Origin: Candidatus Bathyarchaeota archaeon
Lineage (GTDB): Archaea; Thermoproteota; Bathyarchaeia; Bathyarchaeales; WUQV01
Direction of reading: 5' to 3'
NCBI GenBank assembly: GCA_021158125.1
Contig: JAGGVF010000006.1
Coordinates: 50,938 to 114,937, forward strand
Length of the DNA: 64,000 bases
The translations under genes were made by a program, and so were the position numbers. The stretch's first letter is position 1. Every line of letters starts with the position of its first letter. The notes beneath the pieces were generated by a model. That model had not been told where the DNA came from and did not search any database. It saw nothing but the letters and a program-made list of their open reading frames with translations. Below, piece by piece: positions 45,088 to 54,282 of this stretch.

Positions 45088-45684
45088 TTGAACGGAAAAA
45101 TCATAATAGGTATAGACTTATCAGCAAGCGAACTGAAGCCCACTGGATGGGCAAAAATAGAGAACAGAACTGTAAAGGCCATACAATTATATACAGATGA
45201 AGAAATTGTCGAAACAACAGTCAAATACAACCCTACAATTGTAGCAATAGATGCCCCATTAACTTTTCCAAAGAAAGGAATTATGCGAAAAGCAGACAGG
45301 GAAATGTATAGACTTGGATACCCAGTTTTTCCACCCCTTTTCAGAACAATGCAAAAATTAACTGCAAGAGCGGTGAAACTTTCTGAAATTTTAAGGATGA
45401 AAGGCTTAGAAGTAATTGAGGTGCATCCTACATCTTCACGTAAGGCTTTATCTATGCCAACCAAGGACTGGAGAAAAATTCAAGCGTTGTTTAAGCATAT
45501 AGGTTTAAGGGGAGAACACGAAAGACGCAAGTTGACAAGGCATGAAATAGATGCAGTGACAGCAGCCCTTACTGGATGGCTACACTTGCATGGAAAAACA
45601 ATGCTTGTAGGAGAACCAACCGAAGGATGCATAGTAGTTCCAATAAAAAACGATTGGAGAAAACTGAAATTTGAGTCTAGATGA
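45088..45684 (+). CDS. DUF429-like predicted RNase H-fold nuclease
   Basis: IIGIDLSASELKPTGWA...PTIVAIDAPLTFP fits the DUF429 pattern. The antisense ORF 45069-45464 was rejected. Confidence 0.5.
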   Translation: MNGKIIIGIDLSASELKPTGWAKIENRTVKAIQLYTDEEIVETTVKYNPTIVAIDAPLTFPKKGIMRKADREMYRLGYPVFPPLFRTMQKLTARAVKLSEILRMKGLEVIEVHPTSSRKALSMPTKDWRKIQALFKHIGLRGEHERRKLTRHEIDAVTAALTGWLHLHGKTMLVGEPTEGCIVVPIKNDWRKLKFESR

Positions 45685-47191
45685 GAACCTACGAAAAGCC
45701 GTTTCATTCACAGTTTCCGCAGGCTACCAACTAGACAAAGAAGCCTTCGACTTTCTAAGTTCAATATCAAAAACAACAGACCCCATAGAATTCATGGAAA
45801 AAGTAATTAAAAAGGCACAGAGCCTATCTGAAAAACCAGTTTTCCTAAATAGAGAATTCCTTGAAAAAATAGCTGAAGAAACCCTCATAGTTAAAGAAGC
45901 GGACTCTTCGATTATTTCCCAAGCAAAAAGGATGTTTAAGCCTCTTGCAAAGGAAATAACCCCTGACATAAAGATAATAGAGGATCCAACTGAAAAAATT
46001 TCGGCAACTGGTTCTATGGAGGAGTATCTGAGGCATTTCCGCGACAGATTTAGTAAATTGGAGAAAATTTTAAGGCAGAGAATAGACGTGAGAGACGCCG
46101 TTTCAATAAGGGACGCCTACAAGGCGAGTGTAAACGCTAAACTTAAGATTATCGGCATGGTCACGGAGAAGAGGGAATCGAAAAAGAGAATTCTGCTTAG
46201 ACTTGAAGATTTAGAGGCTGCTGTAACCGTTCTGGTCCCCAGCAATGTTTCAAGAGAAACTCTGGAAAGGGCCCGTTCAATACTTTTAGACCAAGTTATT
46301 TGTGTTTCTGTAAGGAAGGCAAGAAACAATCTGCTAATTGCCGAAGACATTATTTGGCCGGATATTCCCAAAAGAAAGCCGAGAACCGCCACAGAACCAG
46401 TATATGCAGCGTTAATTTCAGACTTACATGTTGGAAGTAAAACGTTCATGCGTAAAGAATTCAACAATTTCCTTCTCTGGCTTAACGGCAAATACGGAAA
46501 CTCAAAACTAACGGAAATAGCTGGCAAAGTGAAGTATTTGGTTATTGCCGGCGACATAGTTGACGGAATAGGAGTTTATCCGCAACAGGTCAAGGAACTT
46601 GCAATAAAAGACATTTCCAAACAGTATGAACTGGCTTCAGAATACTTTGAACAGATTCCAGACTACATTGAAGTTATAGTTATTCCGGGAAATCACGATG
46701 CTTCAAGGAAGGCTTTACCCCAGCCGGCTATTCCAAAAGAGTATGCTGAAGCAATCTATGAGAAGAGGAAAATATATTCGTTGGGAGACCCCGCCACAGT
46801 TAGGCTTCACGGAGTTGAAGTACTAATTTACCATGGGCGAAGCCTAGATGATGTTATTGTTAATTCTCCAAACGCCAACTTTGATAATCCCCAAAAAGCC
46901 ATGAAGCTTCTCCTTCAGTGTAGACACCTAGCTCCCACATATGGCGAAAGAACCCCCATTGCCCCTGAACCCCGCGACTTTCTAGTAATAGAAAGGGTTC
47001 CAGACATTTTCCATGCTGGACATGTCCATGTCTTGGGATATGAAAACTACCGTGGAACCTTAATAATTAATTCTGGCGCCTGGCAAAGGCAAACAGCCTA
47101 TCAGAAAAAAATGGGACTTAAGCCTACGCCTGGCATTGCTCCCATAGTCAACTTGCAAAGTTTGGAAGTAATTAGCATTTCATTTTCCTAG
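45671..47191 (+). CDS. DNA polymerase II (PolD) small subunit DP1
   Basis: OB-fold plus calcineurin-like phosphoesterase motifs: ALISDLHVGS, IAGDIVDG, IPGNHDASR, HAGHVH. TTG start overlapping the upstream gene. Confidence 0.9.
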   Translation: MSLDENLRKAVSFTVSAGYQLDKEAFDFLSSISKTTDPIEFMEKVIKKAQSLSEKPVFLNREFLEKIAEETLIVKEADSSIISQAKRMFKPLAKEITPDIKIIEDPTEKISATGSMEEYLRHFRDRFSKLEKILRQRIDVRDAVSIRDAYKASVNAKLKIIGMVTEKRESKKRILLRLEDLEAAVTVLVPSNVSRETLERARSILLDQVICVSVRKARNNLLIAEDIIWPDIPKRKPRTATEPVYAALISDLHVGSKTFMRKEFNNFLLWLNGKYGNSKLTEIAGKVKYLVIAGDIVDGIGVYPQQVKELAIKDISKQYELASEYFEQIPDYIEVIVIPGNHDASRKALPQPAIPKEYAEAIYEKRKIYSLGDPATVRLHGVEVLIYHGRSLDDVIVNSPNANFDNPQKAMKLLLQCRHLAPTYGERTPIAPEPRDFLVIERVPDIFHAGHVHVLGYENYRGTLIINSGAWQRQTAYQKKMGLKPTPGIAPIVNLQSLEVISISFS

Positions 47192-47196
47192 ATTAG

Positions 47197-47757
47197 CTAA
47201 GGGGCAGTAAGGCCTCTTGCTATAATCCTCGCAGCTCGGACCGGTTCGGGAACTCTACATGAAAAGCTGCATGCCCTAATTATTTTTTCAGCCCACTCTG
47301 GTTCCGCCCCTAAAACTTCAGTATATATTGGAGGTTCATTCCTTAAAGGCCTAAACTGGTAAACGGGCCCAAGCTTCTCGAATATTCGCCATCTAATTTT
47401 CCAGTCTTCAAAATGTTCCATTAAAGCTCTTTTAACAGCCAAATTGTTTGGTTTAGATCTTGTAACTATTATAACTGGCTTTTTGAATTCTTCAACTATT
47501 TTTGTCGGATCAATTAGGTTGAATCCTGCAAATGATATTCCAGCTAACATTACGGCTTGAAATTTCCATTCTTTTAGCATTTGTAGGGCTTTTTGAGTTG
47601 CGTCTAGGCCGTCGACAGTTATCTCTTCAATTTTTACGTCTTCTATCCAAATGCCATCTTTCATTAAGACCGCAACTAAAATCGTTGTTGGTGTTTCTTC
47701 CGTGAAGGATCCGTCTTCAAGCCCTACTATCATGTTTGGGAAGGCATTTGGGCACAT
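47197..47757 (-). CDS. UPF0215/DUF99-family protein
   Basis: MIVGLEDGSF... with a Thr/Val-rich core typical of DUF99. Assignment from memory of the family pattern. Confidence 0.5.
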   Translation of the reverse strand: MCPNAFPNMIVGLEDGSFTEETPTTILVAVLMKDGIWIEDVKIEEITVDGLDATQKALQMLKEWKFQAVMLAGISFAGFNLIDPTKIVEEFKKPVIIVTRSKPNNLAVKRALMEHFEDWKIRWRIFEKLGPVYQFRPLRNEPPIYTEVLGAEPEWAEKIIRACSFSCRVPEPVRAARIIARGLTAP

Positions 47758-48967
47758 AACTTATCAGGCTTCCAAGCCTTTCATCATTTTGGAAAACCTC
47801 TTTAATAACAGTGCGGCCTATTCCTAGACGAATCTTCTTTGTTCGGCCATATCGTCCCATACTTACAACACGGGAGTTAAGTAGCCCCATAGCGTCAAGT
47901 TCGCTGATTAATGTGCTTACACGACGCTGAGTTAATGGAGAAATTCCGGTTTCATTGCAAAGTTCGCGGTAAACTTCGTATATGTCGCCGGTTATGGCGT
48001 AGTTAACCCTAGCCTTAGAAAGGAGGTAGACACTGCAAAGTACAAGTTTTGAGTGAAGGGGCATATTTTTAATAGCTTCGAAAACTCTGTTGTGTTCTAT
48101 TCTCTTTTCGGCCAGTCTAACATGTTCTTCCGTTATTTGTTTTGCCCCTTCTCTTTCAGCTATCTCAGCTGCAACTCGGAGCAAATCTAAAGCTCGCCTA
48201 GCATCACCATGTTCAGCTGCAGCCAAAGCAGAGCATAGACTTAGGGCCCCATCAGTTAACACACCGTCATGAAAAGCCAGCTTAGCTCTTTCAGCAAGTA
48301 TATCCCTCAACTCAGAAGCGTTATAGGGCCTAAAGACAATTTCTTCCTCGCTTAAAGAACTTAGAACCCTCGGGTCCAACCACTCTTTAAATCTTAGGTC
48401 ATTTGAAATTCCAATAAGGGAAACTTTACTTCTCGTTAAAGTTTCATTTATCCTTGTAAGTTCATAAAGGAGAGAATCCCCCTTTGCTTTTACTAAGGCG
48501 TCAATTTCGTCTAATACAACTATTAGAAGGTTCTTTCTTAGGTCAATTCCACTTTTGAATCGGTCGAAAATTTCGCCTAGGGCAAGTCCCGTGAAGGGAA
48601 CCTTGATTCCTATGCTACTGCAAAGATAATAGAATACCCTATACTCTGTTCCCACATACCTGCAATTTATGTAGGAGACGATGACTGGGGCGTCAAGTTC
48701 CTTAGCCTTTTCCTGAACACGTTTCAAAACATACTTCGTCACGGCTGTCTTCCCGGTTCCAGGTTTGCCGTAAATGAAAAGGTTTGAGCATCTACATTCC
48801 TTTAGCGCAGGGGCAACAACTTCCCCCACACGTTTAATTTCATTTTCCCTATGGGGCAGATGCACCGGGACATAATCATGCCGGAGGACTTCTCTATCCT
48901 TAAATACACCTGCATAATTCAGGAACTGCTCAAACAGAGAGTCTAGGACGTCTCGACCTTCTCCCAT
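47717..48967 (-). CDS. cdc6: Orc1/Cdc6 replication initiator
   Basis: AAA+ motifs YGKPGTGKTAV, VVLDEID, sensor regions and a C-terminal wHTH (RVSTLISELDAMGLL). Faces the ORB-containing intergenic region. Confidence 0.95.
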   Translation of the reverse strand: MGEGRDVLDSLFEQFLNYAGVFKDREVLRHDYVPVHLPHRENEIKRVGEVVAPALKECRCSNLFIYGKPGTGKTAVTKYVLKRVQEKAKELDAPVIVSYINCRYVGTEYRVFYYLCSSIGIKVPFTGLALGEIFDRFKSGIDLRKNLLIVVLDEIDALVKAKGDSLLYELTRINETLTRSKVSLIGISNDLRFKEWLDPRVLSSLSEEEIVFRPYNASELRDILAERAKLAFHDGVLTDGALSLCSALAAAEHGDARRALDLLRVAAEIAEREGAKQITEEHVRLAEKRIEHNRVFEAIKNMPLHSKLVLCSVYLLSKARVNYAITGDIYEVYRELCNETGISPLTQRRVSTLISELDAMGLLNSRVVSMGRYGRTKKIRLGIGRTVIKEVFQNDERLGSLISYVPKCLPKHDSRA

Positions 48968-49108
48968 AAATTGCTACCCCTCAGCTACTAGGCAGATAAC
49001 ATGCGAAAGAAGACGTCCTCCTAGTAAGATAAGAGGTGTTGTATAAAAAACTGGAGGCTGCATCTATCAGTCTAAAGTTGACGGATAATAGGAAAGCTAA
49101 GGGGCTCA

Positions 49109-49130
49109 CCCCTAAATTTCCATTGGAAAC
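49109..49130 (-). repeat. ORB1 (CCCCTAAATTTCCATTGGAAAC)
   Basis: Dyad core TTCCA-T-TGGAA with the C-string on the left, i.e. a G-string on the minus strand. Confidence 0.7.
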
Positions 49131-49288
49131 TCCTTACAAATCTGCAATAGAAATACTGATTCTTCTTCTAGAAGAAGAATACACTCCGAAAGGTTTGTTC
49201 AACTAACCAAATTTAACTATTACACTAAATAATTCTATAGCACATCGTTAATTTTTTTGATCTGCTAATATTATGTGCTTTTTGACTA

Positions 49289-49310
49289 ATTTCCATTGGA
49301 AACTAAGGGG
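49289..49310 (+). repeat. ORB2 (ATTTCCATTGGAAACTAAGGGG)
   Basis: Same 17-nt core AATTTCCATTGGAAACT as ORB1, with the G-string on the right. Inverted relative to ORB1. Confidence 0.7.
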
Positions 49311-49532
49311 TAGGAGTCTACAATCTTTCAACTTTTTCACATTCGTAAGCTATGGGGCAACTCATTAGCACATTGTTTTAGTCTTCACCGCTCACTTCAA
49401 AACTTGAATCCTTTTTATATGATGCACTTCACTTCAGCGAAATACTTGTGAATTTAACAATCCAATTAATTATATTCACTTGCATTTTTCAAAATTTTAC
49501 TTTTTTATGTATCATCTACTGTGAATTTCTGA

Positions 49533-49553
49533 CCCCATCGTTTCTACTGGAAC
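49533..49553 (-). repeat. ORB3, degenerate (CCCCATCGTTTCTACTGGAAC)
   Basis: C-string plus a degenerate dyad. Same orientation as ORB1. Confidence 0.45.
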
Positions 49554-49751
49554 TTTAAATGCAGTCAAAGTTTTTCTTCTTTTAAAAGGAAAATACTGCT
49601 GTGAAGTTCGTGAAGTAGAAATATCTGCATTTCAAACATGTTTTATAATTTTATGGCTGTTTTAAGGACTTTCACTTTTCACTTTTCACCACAATTTCTT
49701 TAACTTGTGAACTGTAAATTGTTAAGTTGCCCCTTTATGGTGTTTCCATAA

Positions 49752-50177
49752 ATGCCTGCACGGAAAATGCGCATCGAAGTATTCGACAGTGAAGGCAACA
49801 AATATACCATTTCTTTAGAGGGGAACATCTCACGTGAAAAAGCCATCAAAATCCTGGACTTAGTCGAGCTTTTGGGAGGAATTCCCTCTAGTAATCCTAT
49901 CTTGGCTGATTCTTCGCAGAAAATTACTAAAATTGAAAAAGTTAAGATGCTTATTGAGAAGCGTTTTCCAATAATATGGTTTTCTTCAAGAGAAGTTCAG
50001 GAAGCCTATGAAAACGAGTTTAGGGAACCCGTAAGCCTAAGTACAATCTCAACGTATTTGTCCCGTCTGGCAGATAGAGGCTTTCTCATGGTTAATTCTA
50101 ATTCTAGGACTAAGCGTTATAAGATGGTAACGGAAATAACCAAGAGTGCACTACGTTTTATGAGGGGAGAAAGTTAG
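49752..50177 (+). CDS. small protein with C-terminal wHTH
   Basis: FSSREVQEAYENEFREPVSLSTISTYLSRLADRGFLMV. First gene of the nurA-herA cluster. Confidence 0.5.
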   Translation: MPARKMRIEVFDSEGNKYTISLEGNISREKAIKILDLVELLGGIPSSNPILADSSQKITKIEKVKMLIEKRFPIIWFSSREVQEAYENEFREPVSLSTISTYLSRLADRGFLMVNSNSRTKRYKMVTEITKSALRFMRGES

Positions 50178-50188
50178 AGGAAAGGTCG

Positions 50189-51178
50189 ATGAGTAAAGAT
50201 CCAGCGAAGGACTTAGTCGACATAATTAATGTGCTTAAAAAGTACATTGAAGATGGATGGCTCCCTTCAGCTTTACAGTTAAGGGAAGAACCAAAATTGC
50301 TTGAAACTCCAGATGAATCCAAGATAAAGCCTCTGAAGAAAGTTAAGGCGGATAACACCAAATTCTTGGCAGTTGACTGTTCTACAAGAACTTTGAAGAG
50401 GTCTCATAACTGGGGAATATACATTTTCCGAACTGCGTATGCCTTGGTTCAAAATCGTGAAGTTAAATGGGGCTATGAGGAGAAGCCTCAAATCATAATT
50501 GGAGATTACAGAAGGAGAGCTCATACGTTAAGATGGTTTAGATTAGAGTTCGAAAGTGAGGCGGCGCTTAAAGTTATTAACTCCCTGTCTGAAGACGACT
50601 ACCTTCTCCTGGACGGAGCCAGCTACTTCGGGGAAAAGAAAGGTTTCTACATATCCCTATACGAAGAATGCAAGGAAAGGGGCATCAAGCTGTTGGCTAT
50701 AAGTAAACAGTCGCCAATTCTCCATGATAATAAGGGAAGAGACCTAAATGCAACAATCTATCTGATGGCAAGTTATCCCTTATGGATTTATCATCCAGTT
50801 AAAAAGGCAAACAAAAACGAACAGTTATACGGCGATATTTCGCTAGTAAAACTCTGCGACAGTAGCCCCAGAGTTTTCCGCTGCGACATAATGGATTACT
50901 TAACAGAAAACAATGAACCAGCAGAAATAGTTTCGCCTCTAACAGCAATCTCGGAAGACCCCAGATGCTTAGGATACCCAATTGCCTTGTGGCTTGCCCA
51001 CGATTTTTCAGGAATCTCCAACTCGAAACTGCTTTATTATCATGACCAACTCGAAAAGTTACTGAAGGAAACGGGGATTTTTGAAAGGGTTCGAAGGGAA
51101 GAACTTTCATGCAATTTCCCGGACGAACTGCATGGAGTTAGGTATCCCTTTGAAAAGGAGCTGATAGAATATGTCTGA
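50189..51178 (+). CDS. nurA: NurA 5'-3' nuclease
   Basis: FLAVDCSTRTL (catalytic Asp), LLLDGASYFG, LLAISKQS and PRVFRCDI follow the NurA domain pattern. Confidence 0.8.
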   Translation: MSKDPAKDLVDIINVLKKYIEDGWLPSALQLREEPKLLETPDESKIKPLKKVKADNTKFLAVDCSTRTLKRSHNWGIYIFRTAYALVQNREVKWGYEEKPQIIIGDYRRRAHTLRWFRLEFESEAALKVINSLSEDDYLLLDGASYFGEKKGFYISLYEECKERGIKLLAISKQSPILHDNKGRDLNATIYLMASYPLWIYHPVKKANKNEQLYGDISLVKLCDSSPRVFRCDIMDYLTENNEPAEIVSPLTAISEDPRCLGYPIALWLAHDFSGISNSKLLYYHDQLEKLLKETGIFERVRREELSCNFPDELHGVRYPFEKELIEYV

Positions 51179-52721
51179 GCAAACACATATAGGTTCAGTT
51201 ATGGAAGTTACAGGTGATAAAGTAAGGTTTTTCTTAGACAAAGGTTCTTCACTTTCTTTCGGTCAAATAGTGCGCATAAACTCAACTGATAGAATATTCT
51301 ATGCGAGGGTAGTCAATTCAGAAAGCGGATCCACACTTAGGACCGATGAACAGTTAAGGGAAGCAGAAGGGAAAGAAGCTTTCGGGCCCTACTCGTCTTA
51401 CCGATGTGTTGAAGCAATTCTTTTCTTGGAGAAACAGAAAGGGCGAGTTAGGTCTCCAACTTTTAATCCAAGCTACATGGATAAAGTCTACACAGCAACC
51501 GAAGAAGACTGCTCAATTCTAAAATTGGATGGACCATTAAAAATCGGGCATCTTCGTTCGGGAGAAAAAATTCTAGGCTCTGTAGGAATAGACATCGAAG
51601 CCATTCCGAGGATGATGGGAATGTTCGGCATGACAGGCTCCGGAAAAACCAACTGCGAACTAGTTTTGAACGCCCAAATAATAGATCACAGTCCCAAAAC
51701 CGTAGGGCTAATCTTTGACTTTGCCGGGCAACTACTTGATGGAAGAGGAATTCATCCACAAAGGGGACTAAGGGACCACCCACTCTTTCACACGAAGGTT
51801 AGATATTACTCCGCTAGAGAAGGGAAACTCAAGATAGGCCTAAACTCCCTTACTCCCGGAAAACTTCAGATAATATTTCCTGAACTTGGCTTCCCTCAAT
51901 CTAGACTTGCTCAAAGTCTTTACAGTAAATTAGGCGAAAGCTGGATAGTTGACGCTGTGGAAACTTACACGCAGGAAGGATATAGCGGCATAAAAAAGCT
52001 GGCTGGATACGGCCACAAGGGAGTTATTGACGCTCTAATGCTGAAACTTTCAAACTTGGCAATGTCTGAAGAAATTTTTCCAGCCTCAAGCTACAGTTTT
52101 GTAGACGAGGTTATTAGGAACATCAGCCAGGGAATAACTTGTCTCATAGACATTTCAGGTCTAAGCTCGGAACAGCAGCAAAGTGTAACATGTCTCACGG
52201 CCGCTATGGTCGCTTTCTACTATAAACGAATGTGGGAACAAAACTACAAAGAATGGGAGAAACTGCCAACTCTGCTGATAACCCTTGAAGAAGCCCACGA
52301 ATTCCTTGACCCCACAAAACCGAAAACAATATTCTCGGATATAGCCCTAACCTACCGAAAATACCGGGTGGGTTTAAACGCTGTTACACCTAGGCCGTCC
52401 AGAATTAACTTTGACGTCTTCGCTGAACTATGGACAAAAGTCATCATGAAAACTGAACTTCGGAGGGACAGAAGCTATCTAACGGAAAACACACCTTACC
52501 TGGAGTACAGCGACACTGAAATAAAAATGCTGGATGTCGGTGAAGCGCTTCTAATTTCGGAGCCAAGGATAAGGTTTGCGGTTCCAATAAAAGTTATGCA
52601 TTACCCAGAATACCTAGAGGAGAGAGAAAAAGTTGATTATGCCCTTCCAGAATCAGAATCTTTAAGCGAACTTGAAAACAGACTTAAACGCTTAAAAACT
52701 ACAGAAGAATCCCTATTCTGA
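51171..52721 (+). CDS. herA: HerA-type hexameric ATPase/helicase
   Basis: N-terminal HAS-barrel-like GSVMEVTGDKVRF...FGQIVRI. Walker A FGMTGSGKTN, Walker B LLITLEEAHEF. Overlaps nurA by 8 nt. Confidence 0.85.
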   Translation: MSEQTHIGSVMEVTGDKVRFFLDKGSSLSFGQIVRINSTDRIFYARVVNSESGSTLRTDEQLREAEGKEAFGPYSSYRCVEAILFLEKQKGRVRSPTFNPSYMDKVYTATEEDCSILKLDGPLKIGHLRSGEKILGSVGIDIEAIPRMMGMFGMTGSGKTNCELVLNAQIIDHSPKTVGLIFDFAGQLLDGRGIHPQRGLRDHPLFHTKVRYYSAREGKLKIGLNSLTPGKLQIIFPELGFPQSRLAQSLYSKLGESWIVDAVETYTQEGYSGIKKLAGYGHKGVIDALMLKLSNLAMSEEIFPASSYSFVDEVIRNISQGITCLIDISGLSSEQQQSVTCLTAAMVAFYYKRMWEQNYKEWEKLPTLLITLEEAHEFLDPTKPKTIFSDIALTYRKYRVGLNAVTPRPSRINFDVFAELWTKVIMKTELRRDRSYLTENTPYLEYSDTEIKMLDVGEALLISEPRIRFAVPIKVMHYPEYLEEREKVDYALPESESLSELENRLKRLKTTEESLF

Positions 52722-53435
52722 AGTTTTCCTTTTCTTCAAAAGGCTAAGCATTTCCTCCTTTATCCTGTATGAGTAGGGAATTTTAGAAGTATTCCTCTCT
52801 AAATATCCCTGCTCGTAAAGTTTCTTCATAAGCCTCGCTGTATGCTCCCTTGAAAGATTTATTCTACTCCTAATCTGAGGAGCAGTTTTCGGCCCCTCGT
52901 CTGCGAGTATCTTCAAAACTGCAAGTTCAGTTTCTGTAAGTCTAGACAACACTTTATCCCTTTTTATGGGAATAGGCGTTACCGAAGTTAGATCTTCACT
53001 TTCAGTGGAAAGCTGATACTCTAAATTTTCAAGTTCAACAAGTTTTTCCTCGATTTTCTTGTAACTTTCAGCTAATTTTTCAACTTTTTCGTCCAGTTTA
53101 TCTCCAAGTTGACGGAACCCCTTTAATTTTGCTGCTAACTTTTCGATTTTTCCTTCTAACTCGCTTACTTTTCCCTCTAAACTGTTACTCTTAAGATAAC
53201 TGACTTCAGCCCTACGTTTGATAGAATCTAAAACTTCTTCATGTCGATTTAATTGCCTATTAAAACTGACAACAATGTCACCTACAACTTCCTTTGCCTC
53301 AACATATTTCTCTTTAACCTCACGCAATCTCCGATAGAAAAGGAAAGAGGCGCCTAACGTTAAAATCAGAAGCAGGCAAGTCAGCAGTAAGAGCATGTCA
53401 AACATCATATCACCCGTGACGCAGCTGTGATTCAA
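52713..53435 (-). CDS. membrane-anchored coiled-coil protein with C-terminal MarR-like wHTH
   Basis: TM LLLLTCLLLILTLGASFLF, coiled coil, then LTETELAVLKILADEGPKTAPQIRSRINLSREHTARLMKKLYEQGYLER. The probable start is an internal ATG (MMFDM). Confidence 0.55.
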   Translation of the reverse strand: MNHSCVTGDMMFDMLLLLTCLLLILTLGASFLFYRRLREVKEKYVEAKEVVGDIVVSFNRQLNRHEEVLDSIKRRAEVSYLKSNSLEGKVSELEGKIEKLAAKLKGFRQLGDKLDEKVEKLAESYKKIEEKLVELENLEYQLSTESEDLTSVTPIPIKRDKVLSRLTETELAVLKILADEGPKTAPQIRSRINLSREHTARLMKKLYEQGYLERNTSKIPYSYRIKEEMLSLLKKRKTSE

Positions 53436-53698
53436 ACTGTTGCATCACTAACATACTTCAAATCACATTTATCATTCAAATTTAAACTTAAATCTTGCGG
53501 TATGAACGTTTTATGTGACGTCACAAGTCATAACTCACATAATAAAAATCCACTGAAAAACGAGTAAATTGGTTTAAACAAAAAGATTCAAGTTTATTTC
53601 ATATTACTGCCTACATCAAGGGTTAACTATTAAACTTCCCTTATTTTTGATATTAATTTACGTTGCTAAAAATAATTCGTGATATCACAAGTCACAGC

Positions 53699-54157
53699 TT
53701 ATCGTTCTCTCAAAATCTTTTCTATTTCTTCGCGTAACAGTTTAATTATCTCTATTTTCTCGTTTTTCCCTTCTTTTATGCTTTCTTCGTAAGCTTTTAC
53801 GTATTCTTTTAGTTTGTTTGAGACTTCTATGTATGGTGTTATGCTGGAGTTTTCGAATATTCCTAGATATCCAAGTAGCATTATTGTGTATATTGCCTTT
53901 ATGACGTTGTCCTTCGCTTGTTTTAGTGTTCTGTTGAATGCTCCTCTGGTTACTGGAGGGTTTGTTAGTCTTAATTGGGCTTTTTCCTCGTAGCTTAATG
54001 GATTTTCTGAAATATTTTCAGTTAAAACATCTATTAGAAGAGTTTCAAGCTGTGTTTTTGTTAGATGGCTGTTTTTTAGTAATATTTTTACAATTGGGTC
54101 GTTTAATGATTGTTTAATCATTATTTGGACGTTTTTTCGAAAGTTTAATTTTTTCAC
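53699..54157 (-). CDS. hypothetical protein
   Basis: 152-codon ORF with no assignable motif. Confidence 0.45.
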   Translation of the reverse strand: MKKLNFRKNVQIMIKQSLNDPIVKILLKNSHLTKTQLETLLIDVLTENISENPLSYEEKAQLRLTNPPVTRGAFNRTLKQAKDNVIKAIYTIMLLGYLGIFENSSITPYIEVSNKLKEYVKAYEESIKEGKNEKIEIIKLLREEIEKILRER

Positions 54158-54282
54158 TTAACTTCACCTTTGTGGGTATACTCTTTTGTATACGGCTAAA
54201 ACTTTATAACTTTGGCTGTTAACTAACTTTATCTTAATACCAGAATATCCAGAATATTAAAGTAAAATTTAGAAATGAGGCA

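Larger units (their letters stand above)
49097..49553. other. candidate replication origin (oriC) with ORB elements and an AT-rich unwinding region
   Basis: Three ORB-like boxes (TTTCCATTGGAAAC core with flanking G/C strings). Two are inverted around a ~158-bp AT-rich stretch that holds a perfect 22-nt palindrome (49159-49180). Directly upstream of orc1/cdc6. Confidence 0.7.
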
